Source: Segeticoccus sp. (lineage in GTDB: Bacteria; Actinomycetota; Actinomycetes; Actinomycetales; Dermatophilaceae). From it: a stretch of DNA of 64,000 nt. The position numbers were made by a program, and so were the translations under genes. Location: the NCBI GenBank assembly GCA_035690725.1, contig DASSKF010000117.1, positions 1,360 through 65,359 of the forward strand, given 5' to 3'. The notes beneath the pieces are model-generated. The model did no database searches and was not told the origin of the DNA. It saw only the letters and a program-made list of their open reading frames with translations. Below, one piece after another: positions 51,980 through 60,806 of the stretch (position 1 is the first letter of the stretch; each line of letters starts with the position of its first letter).

Positions 51980-53214
51980 GCTGAGCTCCGCCTCGGGGCG
52001 GGTGCGAGCAGTGATGCCGCCACGACCAGGTCGAGGAGGTACGGCGACGCGTCCCCGAGACCGGTCTCGGTCGAGGAGGCAACCACGCAGTAGACGATGA
52101 GGAAGAGCGCGACCGCACGACGTGGACTACGCACCGTCGTCGCCGCCATGAACAACAGCAGGATGAGCACGAACGCCTGGACGACGATCCCGAACCACCC
52201 CTGGTCCACATAGCTCGCCACCCAGTTGCTGTCGATCGGCATCCCGTCGAACGACTTGTTGGACAAGCCGGCGCCGAAGTACTGGTCGAAAGCGGGTCGT
52301 GGCGTGTTGAACACGTCCGCCCACACCTTGGTCCGGCCGGTCAGCTGGGTGGCCTGCTGGGTCGTCTGTCCGCGCGAGGCCCACTGCACGAGCGCGGGTG
52401 CGAACAGCGTCGCGGCGACGATCGCCACCACGAGGCTCGACACCGAGGTCCGTCGGACGCGCGCGTGTCCGAGGAAGAGACTCGCCGAGGCCACCGCGAG
52501 CCCGATGATGGCCGCGACGATGGCCGTACGGGTGTGCGTCCCGACCAGGATGGCGACGCCGAATGCGATGGCGAGCAGGGCATGGCGCCCGCCGATGACT
52601 CGGCACAGCCACAGCACGGCCGACGTGCCGACGAGTACCGCCGCGTAGTGGGCGACCTGTGTCGGTGGGATCGGCCACAAGGCACCGGACAGCCGGCCTT
52701 CGAAGGAGAACGCCTTGCCGGGTGAGAGCACCATACCGACGAAGACCGACGCGAGGATCGCCCAGAGGCACAGTCGATGTGCCCGGAGGAGCGGGAGCTC
52801 ATGTCGTCCCCACCACGGGGTGAGCAACCACAAGCAGACCACGAAGCCGCAGAGGCGCAGCGCTCGATAGGTCGACGCCACGAGGAACTCGTTGTGCAGG
52901 CTGACCGCGAGCGACACGACCGCGAGCACGGACAGCAGCGCCAACAGCACATTGGGCCGCACCACCATGCGCGGGTTCGCGATCAGGGCGAGGAGCAACG
53001 CCACCCCCAGCGAGCCCTGCGCGAGCAGCTGGGCCACGGAGTGCGGGATCGGAACCAGGGTCTCGTTCCCCGAGGGCGCGAGAACGTTGAAGAACAAGGC
53101 GCCCCAGACGAGGACCACCAGCGTGGGCACCTGCTTCTCCCGCGTCCGGGACGCCCCGGACGCGATCGGCACCCGCCGTACCCTCGCCGCGGGCGTGGAG
53201 AGGGGACCGCTCAC
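51976..53214 (-). CDS. O-antigen ligase/polymerase (Wzy-like) family membrane protein
   Basis: 412 aa with 10 or more TM segments and a central extracytoplasmic loop region. Sits between the PCP-like genes and a GT4 gene. Confidence 0.7.
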   Translation of the reverse strand: MSGPLSTPAARVRRVPIASGASRTREKQVPTLVVLVWGALFFNVLAPSGNETLVPIPHSVAQLLAQGSLGVALLLALIANPRMVVRPNVLLALLSVLAVVSLAVSLHNEFLVASTYRALRLCGFVVCLWLLTPWWGRHELPLLRAHRLCLWAILASVFVGMVLSPGKAFSFEGRLSGALWPIPPTQVAHYAAVLVGTSAVLWLCRVIGGRHALLAIAFGVAILVGTHTRTAIVAAIIGLAVASASLFLGHARVRRTSVSSLVVAIVAATLFAPALVQWASRGQTTQQATQLTGRTKVWADVFNTPRPAFDQYFGAGLSNKSFDGMPIDSNWVASYVDQGWFGIVVQAFVLILLLFMAATTVRSPRRAVALFLIVYCVVASSTETGLGDASPYLLDLVVAASLLAPAPRRSSA

Positions 53215-54860
53215 TCCTGCACCTGCTCCGCTGGCTGCTCCCCCGGCGGCGGCGCTTCGGTCATCCCCCAGCTCTCATCCGTCGGGTCCGTGCCGACCAT
53301 CATCGCGAACGGCATGGCGACTCCGGAGGAGCGGACGAGTTCGGCAACGGTCTGGAGCAGCTCGGCGGTGGAGGTCCCCGCCGTGACGAGGGGGACGATC
53401 TGATCCGTCCAGGTCCGGAGCGTGGACACATCGAGGGCAGGGTCGACCTCGACCAGTGCGAGCGTGACGTCCGCCGACTCCCATGCGGCGCGGTGCTCGC
53501 CGCCGAGGGACGAGCCCGGCGCCCCCAGCCGGGGCCCGACGGCCAGTGCCGGAGAACCGGCGGGACGGACGACCTCCATCATCGTCGCGTACTCCTCACC
53601 GTCGGTTCGCGACTCACGACCCCGCCGCTTCGCCACCTCGGCCAGCTCTCCCCGCTCGCTGAGGTCGACAAGGAAGACCGAGCGACCCAGCTGCGCCAGC
53701 CGCAGGGCGAGCTCGCTGACCACGAGGGCCGCGACGGGGGCATTTCCGAGGGCGGCGAGGGCAAGTCCGGTGCGGTTCCGACCGCCGGAGACCCCCGTGA
53801 TGCCGCGTCGCGGTCCGGGCGAGCTCGGCGATCCCGCACTGAGCGCGGTCTCCAGGCCGTGCGCGAGGATGTCGAGGTCCCGCTGGCGAGGCGTCCCTCC
53901 TCGCTGACGCCCCCTCGTCGGAAGCCAGTCTCGAGGCGCACGTCCGTGACCTCGCCAGGCAACGCTGTAACGCACCGGGACCTCCAGTGCCAGGGCGACC
54001 TCCTGGCGGCGCCGGACCCGCTCTGAGGTGAGGGCCTGGAACAGGACCAGACCCGCACCGAGGGCCAGGCCCAGGACTCCGCCGGACAGGACCCGCAGAA
54101 CCGCTGCCCGCTTGGCAGAGAAGGGAACCGCCTGCACGGGGTCGATGACGTGCGTCGACACGACTGCCGCGTCCGTCTGCAGCGTCGCCTCCTCGATCGC
54201 CTGCTGCATGCTGGTGATCTGCGAGTTGAGCTGGGTCCGTTCGGCCAGGATGTCCGACGCGTGGCTCTTGCCCCCAGCACCCTCTTCGCTGAGCGTGTTG
54301 TACTGCCCCGTGAGGATGTCGACCTGGTGCTGCAGCGAGACGATGCGCTTCTGGTAGCCGGAGACGAGCCCGTGGCTGAGCGAGCGAAGCTGCTCGGACC
54401 GAAATGACAGGTACTCCTTGACCAGGGCGCGCGCTCGCGTCACCGCCTCGGACTCCGTCGGTGCCGAGACCGTGAGCCGCAGGACCTGATCCGTGATGGT
54501 CTCGGGCACCACCTCGGACTCGAACTCCTTGGCCGAGATGCCCAACGCCAGCTCGTGGATCACCCCAGTGGCCACCTCCCTCGTGTTGAGGAAGCTCACG
54601 TCGGTGGCCATCGCCTGTGCCGGGTCCGTGCCGGACGGGTGGGCGAGAAGGAGAGTGACCGTGGCCGAGCTCGTCGGAGGGACCAGCACGACGCTGGCCA
54701 TGCCGAGCAGTGCCCCGAGCGCCGCGATGCCCACCCAGGTGCGCCACCTGCGCCGAAGGGTCTTGCGCAGGTAGTGCCACGTGCTCAACAGCGGCCGCGG
54801 AGAGCCGCCAGCGTCGAAGTCGAGGTCCTCCTCCTCGATGCGCCAACCGACGCTCATCAT
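53211..54860 (-). CDS. Polysaccharide co-polymerase (Wzz/PCP) protein with degenerate BY-kinase-like C-terminal domain
   Basis: TM1 WVGIAALGALLGMASVVLV, a coiled periplasmic region, TM2 VLSGGVLGLALGAGLVLFQAL. The cytoplasmic domain reads LALAALGNAPVAALVVSELALRLAQLGRSVFLVDL, with no GxxxxGK[ST] and no Tyr-rich tail. Confidence 0.7.
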   Translation of the reverse strand: MMSVGWRIEEEDLDFDAGGSPRPLLSTWHYLRKTLRRRWRTWVGIAALGALLGMASVVLVPPTSSATVTLLLAHPSGTDPAQAMATDVSFLNTREVATGVIHELALGISAKEFESEVVPETITDQVLRLTVSAPTESEAVTRARALVKEYLSFRSEQLRSLSHGLVSGYQKRIVSLQHQVDILTGQYNTLSEEGAGGKSHASDILAERTQLNSQITSMQQAIEEATLQTDAAVVSTHVIDPVQAVPFSAKRAAVLRVLSGGVLGLALGAGLVLFQALTSERVRRRQEVALALEVPVRYSVAWRGHGRAPRDWLPTRGRQRGGTPRQRDLDILAHGLETALSAGSPSSPGPRRGITGVSGGRNRTGLALAALGNAPVAALVVSELALRLAQLGRSVFLVDLSERGELAEVAKRRGRESRTDGEEYATMMEVVRPAGSPALAVGPRLGAPGSSLGGEHRAAWESADVTLALVEVDPALDVSTLRTWTDQIVPLVTAGTSTAELLQTVAELVRSSGVAMPFAMMVGTDPTDESWGMTEAPPPGEQPAEQVQE

Positions 54861-56437
54861 GTCAACCGCCTCCGCGACGCGGGCTGCGCCGGCCCACCGG
54901 ACGTGACCGAACCGGTCATGAGGGTGGGAAGGGAGGCCTGGTGCTCTCGCTCGGTGGGAAGGAGGCGCCCGGACGTCCGGTCGAGCGGATCCGGGTCGGC
55001 CACGACGAGTCCGTCGATCGGGTGGTTCGCCTCGTCCGCAGCCACGGCGGTCCGGGCCATGTCGTCGAGTGTCGCCGACCCGGACGACACGGCGAGGAGG
55101 GTCGTGGCAGGTGACGCCTCGGGGATGTCGATGCGTGGCTTCGTCCGGTCGAGCACAACCACGTGGACGACGAGGTCCGCGTCCTCGGACACCTCGTGGT
55201 CACCGACCAGGAGTTGCGGGCGTCGGTCGGCGGACTGTGGGAAACGGGAGCAGGCCGCCCAGAGGGTCTCTGCCGACTCATGTGTCTGTGTGGGGAGGAG
55301 CTGTGTTCGCATGCCGCGGGACGCGGCGAACGACGCCAGCTGTGGACCGACGGCGAGAGCCCGCAGGTCGTCCGCGAGCGACAGCACGACGACGTGGTTC
55401 CGGCTCCCGCCCGAGCCCCCCTCCGCGGTCGACGAACGGCCCGTGACGGCGCGAAGCATCTGGTGCAGGCTCCACTGGTCGACGTGGTCGGGCTCGTAGG
55501 ACAGCAGGAGGGTCGTCCACCCGGCCGCCGCCTTCGTGGCCCGACTGTGCAGCGAGGCGAGGACGGGTACGGCGATCGAGTCGGCGAGCTGGTCGCGCGA
55601 GCGCAGCCGCTTGTCACGACGGCCGGTGGACACGACGACCGTGGTCGCCAGGACGAGCGTGGCCAGTAGTCCCGCCAGGCCGTAGAGGCCGATACGGAGG
55701 GGGACCGAGGCCTTCTCGGCGGGAGACGCCTGCTGGATGACACGTGCGTCGCCCCCGGGCTGCCCCGACAGCAGGTCCTTGCCTCCCGAGAGCTCCTTCT
55801 CCAGCTGGTCGATCTGGAGCACGACGCTCGCCTGTTGGGCGGTCAGCTCCGCCAAGGCCGCGGCATCGGCCTTGCCGGCCGTCGAGTTGTGCGGCTCCGT
55901 CTCCAGGCGCGCAGACGTCTTCTTCATCTCCCGCGTCACGGCCGCGAGGCTGCCCTTGAGCGTCTGGCGGCGGTCCTCCAGTGCCAGGCGCTGGTCCTGG
56001 CTCAGGGTGACCAACGTCGAGGCCAGGTAGTTCACGTCAGCGGTTGCGACGGCCCGGGTGATGGCTTCCGCCCGCACAGCGGTCTCGGCACTGCTCGTGA
56101 TCTGGAGGACGTCGTCGGTCGAAGCGGCCACCTCGACGGAGGACTGCATCTCCTCGGCGGTCATGCGTGGGGTGACGGCATGGCCGGCCGGACCCAGGAC
56201 GACGTCGCTGAGGGCGATCTGGGCCTGGGTGTCGACCTGACGCGACTGGTCCTGACCGCTTGGGTCCGGCGAGCCGAGCGGTAGCAGCACCAGACTCGTG
56301 CTCTGGTAGACGTCGGGTCGCGAGTAGCCGAAGTAGGCACCGCCCAACGCTCCGAGCAGGACGATCACGGCGAGAATGCGTGCGCGCCGACGCAGAATCG
56401 CCCACGCCGACCGAAGGTCGACGATTTGCTCACTCAC
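54857..56437 (-). CDS. Polysaccharide co-polymerase (Wzz/PCP) paralog, also with degenerate nucleotide-binding-like C-terminal domain
   Basis: GTG 56437. TM1 ILAVIVLLGALGGAYFGY, Wzz-like YQSTSLVLL, coiled region, TM2 IGLYGLAGLLATLVLATTVVV. C-terminal domain HVVVLSLADDLRALAVGPQLASFAASRGMRTQLL lacks a Walker A lysine. Confidence 0.7.
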   Translation of the reverse strand: MSEQIVDLRSAWAILRRRARILAVIVLLGALGGAYFGYSRPDVYQSTSLVLLPLGSPDPSGQDQSRQVDTQAQIALSDVVLGPAGHAVTPRMTAEEMQSSVEVAASTDDVLQITSSAETAVRAEAITRAVATADVNYLASTLVTLSQDQRLALEDRRQTLKGSLAAVTREMKKTSARLETEPHNSTAGKADAAALAELTAQQASVVLQIDQLEKELSGGKDLLSGQPGGDARVIQQASPAEKASVPLRIGLYGLAGLLATLVLATTVVVSTGRRDKRLRSRDQLADSIAVPVLASLHSRATKAAAGWTTLLLSYEPDHVDQWSLHQMLRAVTGRSSTAEGGSGGSRNHVVVLSLADDLRALAVGPQLASFAASRGMRTQLLPTQTHESAETLWAACSRFPQSADRRPQLLVGDHEVSEDADLVVHVVVLDRTKPRIDIPEASPATTLLAVSSGSATLDDMARTAVAADEANHPIDGLVVADPDPLDRTSGRLLPTEREHQASLPTLMTGSVTSGGPAQPASRRRLT

Positions 56438-56504
56438 GGCTCCCCCTCGTTGTCGCCGATGACGTTTCTCAGCCTAACGACGGCCCGGCCGATGTCAGGC
56501 GGAA

Positions 56505-58589
56505 TCAGAAATCTCCGGTGAGCGACGGTCCGGTGGTCCCGGCACCACTCGTCGCGCCGGCCGCCCACTCCATCGGCTGTCCTCCTGCGGCCAGGAAACC
56601 GCCCGACAGGCGCACCAACGTTCGCAACTCGAGCGTGCCGGTCCAGCTGCCCGTGCCGACCAGGGTCGTGCTCGGAACGCGTTGGCCGAAACCCGGCGAG
56701 TACCAGCCCAGGATCGGGTCGGTCTCCGCCGTGTGGCGGGACCAGGACAGCTGCTCCGGCAGCTGGAGTGCACCCGTACCCGCACCGTCCGTCCCGACCC
56801 AGCGCAGCTCCGCGGAGGTCGTCCGGAGATCCACCTGCACCTGCGGACCCAGGTGCCAATTGAGCCGGAGCGAGTGCTCGACCTCACCGACCAGCTCGTC
56901 CAGCACGGTCAGCTCCCCCTTCGCCGCGTCCAGGGAGACCGTCCTCGAGTGTCGGAGCGCCGGGTCGAGGCGTCGGTAGCCGACATGGTGCGCGGACCAC
57001 ACCTGCAGGTCACCGGTCCGCTCGGTCCCGTCGACCGCCGCGTCCGTCCGGGTTCGCCACAGGAACGGACCGCCCTCCACGGACTGGCTGACCCCGTCGA
57101 CTTCCACGGTGTTGTGCGCCCTCGTCGAGCGGAAGTAGCTCCGCCAGACCGGTTCGCCGTGGTAGCAGTAGGTCCCGGGGTCGGCGAGGATGTCGACTCC
57201 GCCGTGCCGCACCTCGATCGACAGCGCGTCGGCGTGACCGTGCGCAGCGAGCGACAGGAAGCCGTGCGGACCACCGTCGCAACGGCACCAGATCTCCGGC
57301 GAGGAGCCGCGCGGTGTCCGAAGCAGGTGGATGCCCGCGTCCGGGAAGGCGTCGGGCCGACTCTCGGCTCGGTGCCCGACCGGCTCGATGCCGCCCAACG
57401 AGCCGAGGAGCGCGCTCGCAAGGTCCGGCGCCGGCCGAGGCCACCAGCCGGGCGCCCCGACCAGGACGGAGCCGGTCGAGAGGAGGGACGCCCACGCATC
57501 CTCCGTCGGCGGATCCAGCACCAGCGCCCGTCCCTCGTCGCCGTCACCCTGCCGGGGGGCGCGACCCGAGGCGTCCAGGAGCGCGGCGGCGGCATCGAGC
57601 GAGGAGGCCAGCAGCTCGCGCACCTTGCGCGGCAACGGTCGGCCCGCTCCGTTGCTCTCGGCGAGCGCGACCAGCCCGAGCTCCGTGACGAACCGGTGGT
57701 AGTCGCTCGCCAGCTCCCGGTTCACGCCGCTGCCGAAGGTGTTGGCGGCCAGCGAGCGCGCGAGGTCGGATGCCGCCTGCTCCCGCCACCGCTCGCTCTG
57801 CTGGAACCACGGGAAGGCGCAGGCGGCCACCAGGCGGCCGCTCGCCTCGGCCACCGCGTGGTTGTTCGCCGAAGATCCCCTGCTCCGGAAGGACGCCAGG
57901 TACTCCTGGTGCCAGCGGATCTGGCGCAGTGCGAGGTCGTTCTGCTCGAACAGGTCACGGCACCCGGGCCACGAGTCGAGCAGCCGACGGACCCACACCC
58001 AGCTGGTCAACCGGATGCCCAGCTCGATGCCGCTGGTCCAGTGGATCCCGCTGAGGAACGGGTTCGCCCGCCACCACGACTCGAGCTGCCGGGCCACGGC
58101 CTGGGCGAATCGGTCCTCCCGGGTGAGCCACCACGCGGCGGCGAGCACCGTGAGGTGGTGGTGTCGGGACAGCTCCCACACCGACTTCACGTTGCCGGTC
58201 ACCTGCTCGTCCCGGTGGTCGATGCGGAAGGCCAGCTCGTCCTGGGGGGCCCGTCGGCCCGTGACCGGGTCCCGGAACCAGTCGGGGTCCACGATGTCCG
58301 GCCGTGGCACCCCGAGAACCTCCCACCGGCCGGCCAGCAGCGCTTCAGCCGCGTCCGTCACCGCGGCGGCGACCGGCGCCGGCACGGTGCCGCGAACCTC
58401 GTCCGGTAGGACGGCAGGGAACCTGCGGTCCCCCAGGAGTCCCGGAACCTGCCGGTCGTGGGCCGCCCCGGCCGGGACCCGCCGACGAGCCCAGCGCCGC
58501 TCGCGCACCTGGTCGGCGGCGCGCCACCCGACCTCGCGGGGCGACATGTGGCGCAGTCGGTGCAGGTACCAGGTCGCCGACCTGCTCAC
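56505..58589 (-). CDS. Heparinase II/III family protein (alginate-lyase-like N-domain + Hepar_II_III C-domain)
   Basis: Start GTG 58589 overlaps the upstream stop. WELSRHHHL, IHWTSGIELGIRLTSW, NNHAVAE, HGHADALSIEV and RAHNTVEVDG. Confidence 0.8.
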   Translation of the reverse strand: MSRSATWYLHRLRHMSPREVGWRAADQVRERRWARRRVPAGAAHDRQVPGLLGDRRFPAVLPDEVRGTVPAPVAAAVTDAAEALLAGRWEVLGVPRPDIVDPDWFRDPVTGRRAPQDELAFRIDHRDEQVTGNVKSVWELSRHHHLTVLAAAWWLTREDRFAQAVARQLESWWRANPFLSGIHWTSGIELGIRLTSWVWVRRLLDSWPGCRDLFEQNDLALRQIRWHQEYLASFRSRGSSANNHAVAEASGRLVAACAFPWFQQSERWREQAASDLARSLAANTFGSGVNRELASDYHRFVTELGLVALAESNGAGRPLPRKVRELLASSLDAAAALLDASGRAPRQGDGDEGRALVLDPPTEDAWASLLSTGSVLVGAPGWWPRPAPDLASALLGSLGGIEPVGHRAESRPDAFPDAGIHLLRTPRGSSPEIWCRCDGGPHGFLSLAAHGHADALSIEVRHGGVDILADPGTYCYHGEPVWRSYFRSTRAHNTVEVDGVSQSVEGGPFLWRTRTDAAVDGTERTGDLQVWSAHHVGYRRLDPALRHSRTVSLDAAKGELTVLDELVGEVEHSLRLNWHLGPQVQVDLRTTSAELRWVGTDGAGTGALQLPEQLSWSRHTAETDPILGWYSPGFGQRVPSTTLVGTGSWTGTLELRTLVRLSGGFLAAGGQPMEWAAGATSGAGTTGPSLTGDF

Positions 58590-60772
58590 AGCTTCACCGT
58601 CGTGCCGGTGGCCAGGCTCTCCGGGACCGCGATCGTCGCTCGAGTGGTCGCCAGCAGTTGAGGCAACTCGATGGGCATCGGCCCGTCCGACTGCACCGCC
58701 CGAACGAAGGCGCCCAGTTGACGCTGCTGCCCCTTGTCCTGACCGCGGAGCGACCGCTTCACGTCCTTGCCCCTCCGACTCCACAGCGTCGCGCGAGTGA
58801 AGTTGTCGAGGCGCGCGTTGCGTCCGCCCCCGATGACCTCGAAGGTCTCCTTCGGGAAGCGTTCGTTCCCGTCGGTGGCATAGGTGATGCTCCCGATCGA
58901 GCCGTCCGCGTAGGTCAGCGACACGTGCAGGTCCAAGCCGTCAGAGGTCTGCTGTGCGGACACGGCGACCGGCGGCGAGCCGATCCACGCGCCGAGTGCG
59001 TCGATGAAGTGCCCGCCCTCACCCAGGAAGCGGCTGCCCTCCAGCTCCTGGTTGTTGTACCAGCTCCCCGCGGCGAGCGGTCCGGCGTTGACGAGGTAGC
59101 GCCCCATGACCGGCCCGGTGGCGGCACCGAAGCGGCGCCGCAGCTCGGTGAACAAGGGAGCGAAACGCCGGTTGAACCCCACCATGAGTCGGTCGTTTCC
59201 GGTGGCGGCGACGGTCTGCACGACACGCTCGACCTCCGCCTCGGACAGGGCCAGCGGCTTCTCCACGAAGACCGCCTTGCCGGCCGCCAGCGCCCGGCAC
59301 ACGAAGTCGGCGTGCGAGTGGTGCCGGGTCACGACGAAGACCGCATCCGTGCGCGGGTCGTCCAGCACGTCCTCGGCGTTGGTGCTCATCCGCTCGAAGC
59401 CGAACTTTCGCTGGGCATTGGCGGCGGAGAGCGACCGTGTCGTCGCCACCGTGCTCAACACGACGGCGTCATCGTTGGCCAGGTGCGGTAGCAGCATGGA
59501 GGTCGCGTAGTTCCCTGCCCCGACGAAGCCGATCCGTACCGTGGCGGATGCCGTCGTCCCCCGAGACGTGCGGGGACTCCCGACAGCTGGCGACGTCTCG
59601 GTCCGGCGAGGAGTCGGCTCCCCGATGGGGACGCTGCCACTCTCCGGGTACTCGAACAGGAAGCCGACCCCCTGGACCTCACCGGCGTGCAGCCGGCTGT
59701 AGACGTCGGGGGCGTCGGTCACCGGCCAGGTGCCGGAGATGAGCGGGCCAACGTCGAGACGGCCACTGCGAACGAGGTCGAGGAAGCACTCGAGGTTGCG
59801 ACGCTCGGTCCACCGCACGTAGCCGGCCGGGTAGTCGACGCCGTCCAGCTCGTAGCGGTCGTCGTAACGGCCGGGCCCGTAGGACCGGGAGAACCGGACG
59901 TCGAGCTCCTTCTCGTAGTAGGCGTTCCAGGGCAGGTCGAGGCGTGTCTTGCCGATGTCGATCACCGTCGCCCGGTCCCGGGCGAGACGAGCGGCCAGCT
60001 CCACGGGCTCGTTGGACGTGCCTCCGGCGGCAAGGAACACGTGGTCCGCGCCCAGGCCGTCGGTCATCTCCTGCAGGGCCCGCTCGACGCGGGCAGTCCC
60101 GTCCGTGTCCGGTTCGGCACAGACCGCGGCACCGGCGTCCTCGGCGAGGCGGCACCGTGCTGCCACGGTGTCGAGGCCGACCACCCGGACCCCGGCCGCC
60201 AGCAGCTGCCGAACCACCAGCTGACCGACCAGACCGAGCCCGATGACGCACGCGGTCTCACCGAGCTGGACCTCGCCTCGGCGCACCCCCTGCATGGCGA
60301 TCGCCCCCACGGTCGCGAACGCAGCATGCTGGGGGTCCACTCCGGCAGGGACGTGCACGCACAGGTTCGTCGGCACCCAGTTCACCTCGGCGTGCAGGGC
60401 GAACTCGTTCCCTGCGGCAGCGACAAGGTCACCGACGCCGAACTCCTCCGCTCCCGCCCCCACTGCCTCGACGATCCCGCACAGCGAGTACCCCAGCGGC
60501 GTATAGCTGTCGAGGGTGTTCATCGCCTTCTTGTAGGTGGTGAGCGCACCCTGCTGGGCAACGGAGTCCAGAACCTTCCTCACCTGGTCGGGACGTGCTC
60601 GTGCCTTGCCCAGCAAGGACAGACCGGCCTCGGTGACCTTCATCATCTCGGTGCCCGTCGAGATGAGCGAGTACAGCGTCCGCACCAGCACGCCGCCCGG
60701 CTTGCACGCGGGAGCCGGCACGTCGAGCACGCTCAGCTCTCCGGACCGGTAGTTCTGCGCCACCTGCTTCAT
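58586..60772 (-). CDS. Bi-domain oxidoreductase (zinc-type alcohol dehydrogenase/MDR N-half + Gfo/Idh/MocA C-half)
   Basis: N-half GYSLCGIVEAVG and the Rossmann motif VIGLGLVGQLVVRQLLAAGVRVVGLD. C-half VRIGFVGAGNYATSMLLPHL and VFVEKPLA. Confidence 0.8.
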   Translation of the reverse strand: MKQVAQNYRSGELSVLDVPAPACKPGGVLVRTLYSLISTGTEMMKVTEAGLSLLGKARARPDQVRKVLDSVAQQGALTTYKKAMNTLDSYTPLGYSLCGIVEAVGAGAEEFGVGDLVAAAGNEFALHAEVNWVPTNLCVHVPAGVDPQHAAFATVGAIAMQGVRRGEVQLGETACVIGLGLVGQLVVRQLLAAGVRVVGLDTVAARCRLAEDAGAAVCAEPDTDGTARVERALQEMTDGLGADHVFLAAGGTSNEPVELAARLARDRATVIDIGKTRLDLPWNAYYEKELDVRFSRSYGPGRYDDRYELDGVDYPAGYVRWTERRNLECFLDLVRSGRLDVGPLISGTWPVTDAPDVYSRLHAGEVQGVGFLFEYPESGSVPIGEPTPRRTETSPAVGSPRTSRGTTASATVRIGFVGAGNYATSMLLPHLANDDAVVLSTVATTRSLSAANAQRKFGFERMSTNAEDVLDDPRTDAVFVVTRHHSHADFVCRALAAGKAVFVEKPLALSEAEVERVVQTVAATGNDRLMVGFNRRFAPLFTELRRRFGAATGPVMGRYLVNAGPLAAGSWYNNQELEGSRFLGEGGHFIDALGAWIGSPPVAVSAQQTSDGLDLHVSLTYADGSIGSITYATDGNERFPKETFEVIGGGRNARLDNFTRATLWSRRGKDVKRSLRGQDKGQQRQLGAFVRAVQSDGPMPIELPQLLATTRATIAVPESLATGTTVKL

Positions 60773-60806
60773 GTCCTTGCCCCTGTCCCCTGCTCACGTC
60801 TCGTGG

